From positions 62,124,001 through 62,188,000 of the forward strand of contig OX597815.1 in NCBI GenBank assembly GCA_951406725.2: DNA of 64,000 nucleotides, given 5' to 3'. The position numbers and the translations under genes were made by a program. This DNA is from Octopus vulgaris (Eukaryota). This document shows, in pieces, positions 54,845 through 64,000 of this stretch (position 1 is its first letter; each line of letters begins with the position of its first letter). The notes beneath the pieces were generated by a model. It was not told the origin of the DNA and made no database searches. It worked only from the letters and a program-made list of their open reading frames with translations.

Positions 54845-54945
54845 TTTTTTTCTGCTGAAGAGCGTAGGCTTTCCTATTTTTCCCGAGCGTCAAACTATTA
54901 CACTTGCTTGTTGTTACTACACCTGTCTTCATCTATAATTTCGAA
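54845..54945 (+). mobile_element. Decayed Penelope pLTR fragment with a half hammerhead (CUGCUGAA core)
   Basis: ctgctgaagagcgtaggct followed by tcccgagcgtcaaacta..cacctgtcttc, as in the other pLTRs. Confidence 0.6.
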
Positions 54946-54975
54946 CAATATATACATATATATGCATACATTCAT

Positions 54976-55011
<36 letters not shown>

Positions 55012-55012
<1 letters not shown>

Positions 55013-55632
55013 CGAATATAAACAAGAAGGGTAGAAATATTAGTTACTACCAGGTGCCCAGCACAAAAGACGAATCAGTCATAAGACAAAATATTATTCG
55101 TATAGAAAAATATTATTCATGTAGTAATACAATTAAAGGCTCCTAAATTAGGATGCCGAGTGCTGGGAACACAAAAAGAAGATGAACTTATCGAGAGTGA
55201 AAATCAAAAAACATTTACCGATAACTTTACACCTCGGACTTATCAGTTTCTGCCTCTTTCTAGCAAAACACAGAATATGTTTGCTAAGGCTGGCTTTATC
55301 AACGAGTCGCCTAAATTGAATCGAGGTCTGCAGCGATGTGAGAACATGTGTTAGTCTCGACTACTAGCAGATCTTAACTTTTCAAATCTCTGCGCAGACG
55401 CAAAATCTACACGGCAGTATAGGGCATGCCGGGAAGAATTTTACGAATAAATCCATCATGTAAATATGCGAATATAAACAAGAAGGGTAGAAATATTAGT
55501 TACTACCAGGTGCCCAGCACAAAAGACGAATCAGTCATAAGATAAAATATTATTCGTATAGAAAAATATTATTCATGTAGTAATACAATTAAAGGCTCCT
55601 AAATTAGGATGCCGAGTGCTGGGAACACAAAA

Positions 55633-55635
<3 letters not shown>
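55012..55635. mobile_element. Unclassified non-coding element: 457-bp unit with a ~165-bp terminal direct repeat, within (TA)n
   Basis: 55013-55179 matches 55469-55635 with one mismatch seen. (TA)n lies on both sides. Confidence 0.7.
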
Positions 55636-55686
<51 letters not shown>

Positions 55687-55688
<2 letters not shown>

Positions 55689-56136
55689 TTTATCTTTTAC
55701 TTGTTTCAGCCAATAAAATGCGCCCATGCTGGGGTACCGCCATGAAATTTTAGTCGAATGTATCGACCCTGGGTCTTATGTTTTTTAAGGCTGTTACTTA
55801 CTCTATCGGTTGTCTTATACCGAACCGCTGAGTTACGGGTACGTAAGCTCATCAAAACAGGTTGTCAAGCAGTGGTAGAGGTACAAATACTGACAGAATG
55901 ACACACACACACACATGCACGCACATTACACACATATACACACAGAAAAAACAAACGCCCACCCACCGACACACACACACACACAAATACATATATACAT
56001 ACATACGATTGTCTTTCAGTTTCCATCTACCGAAGCTATAGTAGAAGACACTTGCCTAAGGTGATACACAGTGGAATTGAATACTGAATCATGTCGTTGG
56101 GAAGCAAGCTTCTAACCACAGAGCCACGCCTGCGCC
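55687..56136 (-). mobile_element. SINE family A copy
   Basis: Similar to 4843-5246. Confidence 0.8.
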
Positions 56137-56306
56137 AATGTATATAATTAATTAAAAAAACGGAGAAAAAAAAGACTAAAGAAAAATAACAACGTGAAGA
56201 CGTAGTACATGCAAAGAATTAATGAGATGCTCAGAGAAGGAAAGAAAGAAGAGTTTGTTTTACGTTTCGTGCATAGCTCTTCTTCGAAAACAGGAGAAAG
56301 AAAGAA

Positions 56307-56307
<1 letters not shown>

Positions 56308-56341
<34 letters not shown>

Positions 56342-56359
56342 CAACAACAACAACAACAA

Positions 56360-56425
<66 letters not shown>

Positions 56426-56435
56426 GCTGCTGCTG

Positions 56436-56479
<44 letters not shown>

Positions 56480-56495
56480 GCTACTACTACTGCTA

Positions 56496-56545
<50 letters not shown>

Positions 56546-56550
56546 ACTGC
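56308..56550. repeat. Compound (GCA)/(ACA)/(CTA)/(CTG) microsatellite
   Basis: Seen directly. Confidence 0.95.
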
Positions 56551-58762
56551 AGAAATGAAAAAGGAAATAGAAAACGATAACATAGGACTAAAATTAAGAG
56601 AAACCAGAGCAATTGTAGAAGCAACAAGAACTACAACAACAGTAACGAGGGTAGCAACAAATAAAATAAATATAAAAAATATGAAAGAATTGGAAGAAAT
56701 AGAGGCGGGGAAAATGTCAACTAACTGCAATAAGAACAACAATAACGGCGACGTCAACATCAACAATAACAGTACAAAAAAATAAGAAAAAACAAAATCG
56801 TCTTTAATTACTGCTATTAAGATATTACATAGTTAACATTATTAAATAACAACAATAATCACACACACACTCATACATACCCACATACATGCTTTCATAC
56901 ACACTTGCACACACACCTACAAACAAGAATGCATACATTTATACATGAATAAATACATACATACGTACACACACATACATTACATACTAACATGCATACA
57001 CACACATACATACGTATACATACCTGAATATCTAATAAATACATGTATACATACACACATACATACATGCATAAATACATACACATATATAGATATATGT
57101 AGATATATACATATATATACGTAGATATATACATATATTCATATAGACTTACATGCATATATGCATGCATACGCAAACACACAAACATACATACATGCAT
57201 ATATACACATACAAGCATACATATGTACCCATACATACATACGCACCATACATACACTCATGCATATTACATAACATTTATGATATATTTCAATATGAGA
57301 CAAACTATTACAAGTGCCGCTCCACGTTTGTATATACCTTACAAATGTTGTTATACACACAGATATTTTAATTTACGCCTGTTTCATTTGCATATATCCA
57401 TTTGATTCTAACCTAATCATTTACTGATTTTGCACAAATCAGCCAATGTTTTATTTACAGATTTCTATATCAGTATAAATATTTTCAGTTTAGTTTAGGA
57501 CGCCCAGCGTCCTCGTCACCGAAGAGCCAAAATCAGGTCGAAAACCTGTGTCTGGTGGCCACTAATATTTTGAGCGAAGCTTTATGTTGTTAACACGCAA
57601 GCCTCTTATGAGATGAATTACTACAACATAATTCCACTACATATGCCGCTCCACGTTTGTATAGATATATGTATTTATTTTAAGGCATATATTTATTTTA
57701 AGACATATATGCCAGTGCGAGTGAGTGAGTGTGTGAGTGAGTGAGTAAGTGAGTGAATGAGTGAATGGGTGAGTGAGCGTGTGTGCGTGCGTGTGTGTGC
57801 GTGCGTGTGTGTGCGTGTGTATAATCAAGGTACACAACTATGTTATCCAGTTGTCCTACACCCTTTCAATGTGAAATAACAATTCTTGTCATATCCACAA
57901 ATCTTCATTGTGTTCCATGAGATATATATTCACAGATATGGATGCAATAACGGCCAAACCCCTGGCAACGGCTTCCACAGGGTGGCTAAACCATGCTTGG
58001 GGAAACCAACGGCCTTAACCTTCGGTGAGCTAAGTGCTTTCTACTTTTCAACGGAAAAACTGAACCCAGTCGTCTGTGCGGAGGAACCCACGAAATTGGT
58101 TCAACGGGCAGGAACGCGGACCAGCAATGAGACACAAAGGACACTGTGGCCACTTACTATATACCGACCTATTTCTAGTCGTCTCAACTTCGCCCTGTTG
58201 CTAGAATCAAATAGGAAGAGGCAAGAGAGTGAGGCAGATGACATTGCGCAACTCTCCCTCACTTAAATCTATGTCACACGCAAGTCAAGACATCACACCA
58301 TCCAAGACCCACCTTCAAATCCTGTGACAATGGGGAAAATGCATATTCACACTATTTTCTTGGGCCTTCCATCTCTATTCCCTCATTCTCATATTATCCC
58401 TCATTCAATAAAATGTTTTTTTTTGTGGAATTCTCTCCAACAACTATGGAACATTTCTGACAACTGAAATTGTTTAAAACGGCCCTCAAATCTGTCCTCC
58501 ACATTTCCCGTGCCTTTGTTGAAGCCATTTTTCTTTAACTTGCTATACACTTCCTTCATATAAAACCTATACTTTTATCTTTATACATACTCTTCACTGC
58601 TGAAGTTCTTTATGTTTGCAATTTCAAAATATTATTGTTATATACCATTACAGAGTTTTTTATACCCACCATACACACACACACACACCTGAATATATAT
58701 GAATATACATACATACACACACACACCGATATATATATACATACATATATATATATATGTAT

Positions 58763-58823
<61 letters not shown>

Positions 58824-59561
58824 TGTATGTAAACATATGTATATACATATATATATAATATATATGTAAAGATGTTTGTGTGTCCGTGTGTGCGCGTGTG
58901 TGTGGATACATTTTTCTATTATGTGTGTGTATGTGTATGTGTGTATGTGTGTGTGTGTGCGCGCGCGTGCATGTGCGTATGTGTTTGTGTGTGTTTCGAC
59001 ACTGGCTCTGCTGTTACTTTATATCGTTTGTGTTTTGTTTTTCACTTCTGCCTTCATTAATTTCAACACCGAAATCTTCACTTATTACTTGAAATATGGC
59101 GGAAATTAGCTTATTTATATCGTTTCTATTTATTTCCCTTTCTTTCGTAGTAATTACTTTTAGTGCGTTGTTAGATTGTGCCATTAATGTTCAAGTTTTC
59201 AGTTTTATTAAACAAATAACAAAAAATCAAGGAAATAAAATATATATTATCTTCATTATTATGCTTTTTTGATTTTATTTTCTTCTCGTCATTATAGCGG
59301 TCGTTCTCACGACCAGAAGAATAATGATGATGTAAAAAATCATCATCATCATCATCATCATCATTATTATTGTTACCATTATTATTAGTAGTATTTAAGG
59401 TGGGCGAATGACAGAGAAAATTATCTGCGGTATTTTAATTACTTCCCTTTAAATTCTGAGCTGAAATCCCGTCTGAGTCAATCAGTACCAGGTAATATTA
59501 GGATCGATTAAATCGACTTCACTCCTACCTCCAAAATACGGGTATCTTGCCTATTTCAGAC

Positions 59562-62783
<3,222 letters not shown>

Positions 62784-62927
62784 TACAACTCTGCTGTTGA
62801 ATGCTCTCGTATTTTGTATTATGAGCTTTAAGCAATCTTCTTTTGTATGTCTGTCTGTCTCTCCCTCTCAATCAATCAATCACTCAATCAATGAATCAAG
62901 CAATTAATCAAGCAATGAAACGATTGG

Positions 62928-63010
<83 letters not shown>

Positions 63011-63542
63011 GTCTGTCTGTCTGTCTGTATGTATGTATGTCTGTCTGTCCGCTTGTCTGTCTGTCTATCCATCTCTCTGTCTCACCTCTTCTTTCTATGT
63101 CTGTCTCTCCCTCTTACTCTCTCTCTCTGTAGATATCTGCATGCTTTCATGCATGCGTTCACTCACGTGTGTGTGTGTATGTGTGTGTGTGTGTGTGTGT
63201 TTTACAGAACCTTTTCTGAATGAAAGCAGATTATTGATGTGTGTATGTGTGTATACGCGTGTGAATATAGGTGTACATAAATATATACGAGCGAGTGCGT
63301 GCGTATGAGTAGGTGCTTATGAGGCGGTTAACCATCAGGTGGCGCTTTTGTACTTCTAGCGTCATTAATGATGAATTAGGATTTAAAAAACTAATGGAAT
63401 TTTTCTCACTTGCTAAATTCCGTCATTACTCATTGCTCTTCCTTCTGTCTTCCTTCATTATAAATACCCAGACACGGAGATACAGACATGCACACACACA
63501 CGTACATACATACATACATACATACATACATACATACATACA

Positions 63543-63573
<31 letters not shown>

Positions 63574-63606
63574 GTGCATGCATGTACATGTATCCATGTG
63601 TATGTA

Positions 63607-63641
<35 letters not shown>

Positions 63642-64000
63642 GCACTCTTTTCTACTGTTTTCTTTGCTACTTCTTTCTTTCTTTCTTACTTTTTATTCTG
63701 TCTTTATTTCTACACTCATTACATGATTAAAACTCGAAGAAAAAAAATTTAGATGAAGACGGGGTTGTCATTTTCAAGATGTCACGTTGTTTAAAAATGT
63801 TCATCTTCGCTAGCACCACCAGCATCACAACAACCATCACCACCACAATCACAGCCACCACTATAATATTCTTCTTCTTCTTCTTCTTCTTCTTCTTCTT
63901 CTTCTTCTTCTTCTTCTTCTTCTTCTTCTTCTTCTTCTTCTTCTTCTTCCTCCTCCTCCCCCTCCTCTTCCTCACCATCATTATATTCTTCCTCCTACTT

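Overview
AT-rich eukaryotic genomic DNA dominated by microsatellites and transposable elements. The repeat families resemble those I know from octopus/coleoid cephalopods (recognition from memory, not verified). I find no supportable host protein-coding gene, and nearly all short ORFs in the track are microsatellite read-throughs. Recognisable elements: two R4/Dong-like non-LTR retrotransposons next to (TAA)n; two Tx1/L1-clade LINE copies inside (TCTA)n; a long Neptune-like Penelope element (RT + GIY-YIG) and a truncated sibling, both ending in (TA)n; Naiad-like Penelope remnants; non-autonomous Helitrons, including a head-to-head pair with nested insertions; Tc1/mariner, piggyBac-like and TIR/MITE remnants; and many tRNA-derived SINEs. 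The most unusual signals are: (1) a 355-bp non-coding unit present as ~1.5 tandem copies plus an inverted piece, which folds by eye into a viroid-like rod/cruciform with no recognisable ribozyme; (2) a similar 457-bp unit whose repeated part has a pseudoknot with HDV-like helix order; (3) about eight hammerhead-ribozyme-like motifs, several with non-canonical cores; (4) a YMDD->YMDY change shared by both diverged Dong-like copies; (5) a SINE sharing its 3' tail with the Tx1-like LINE. All folds and alignments were done by eye.
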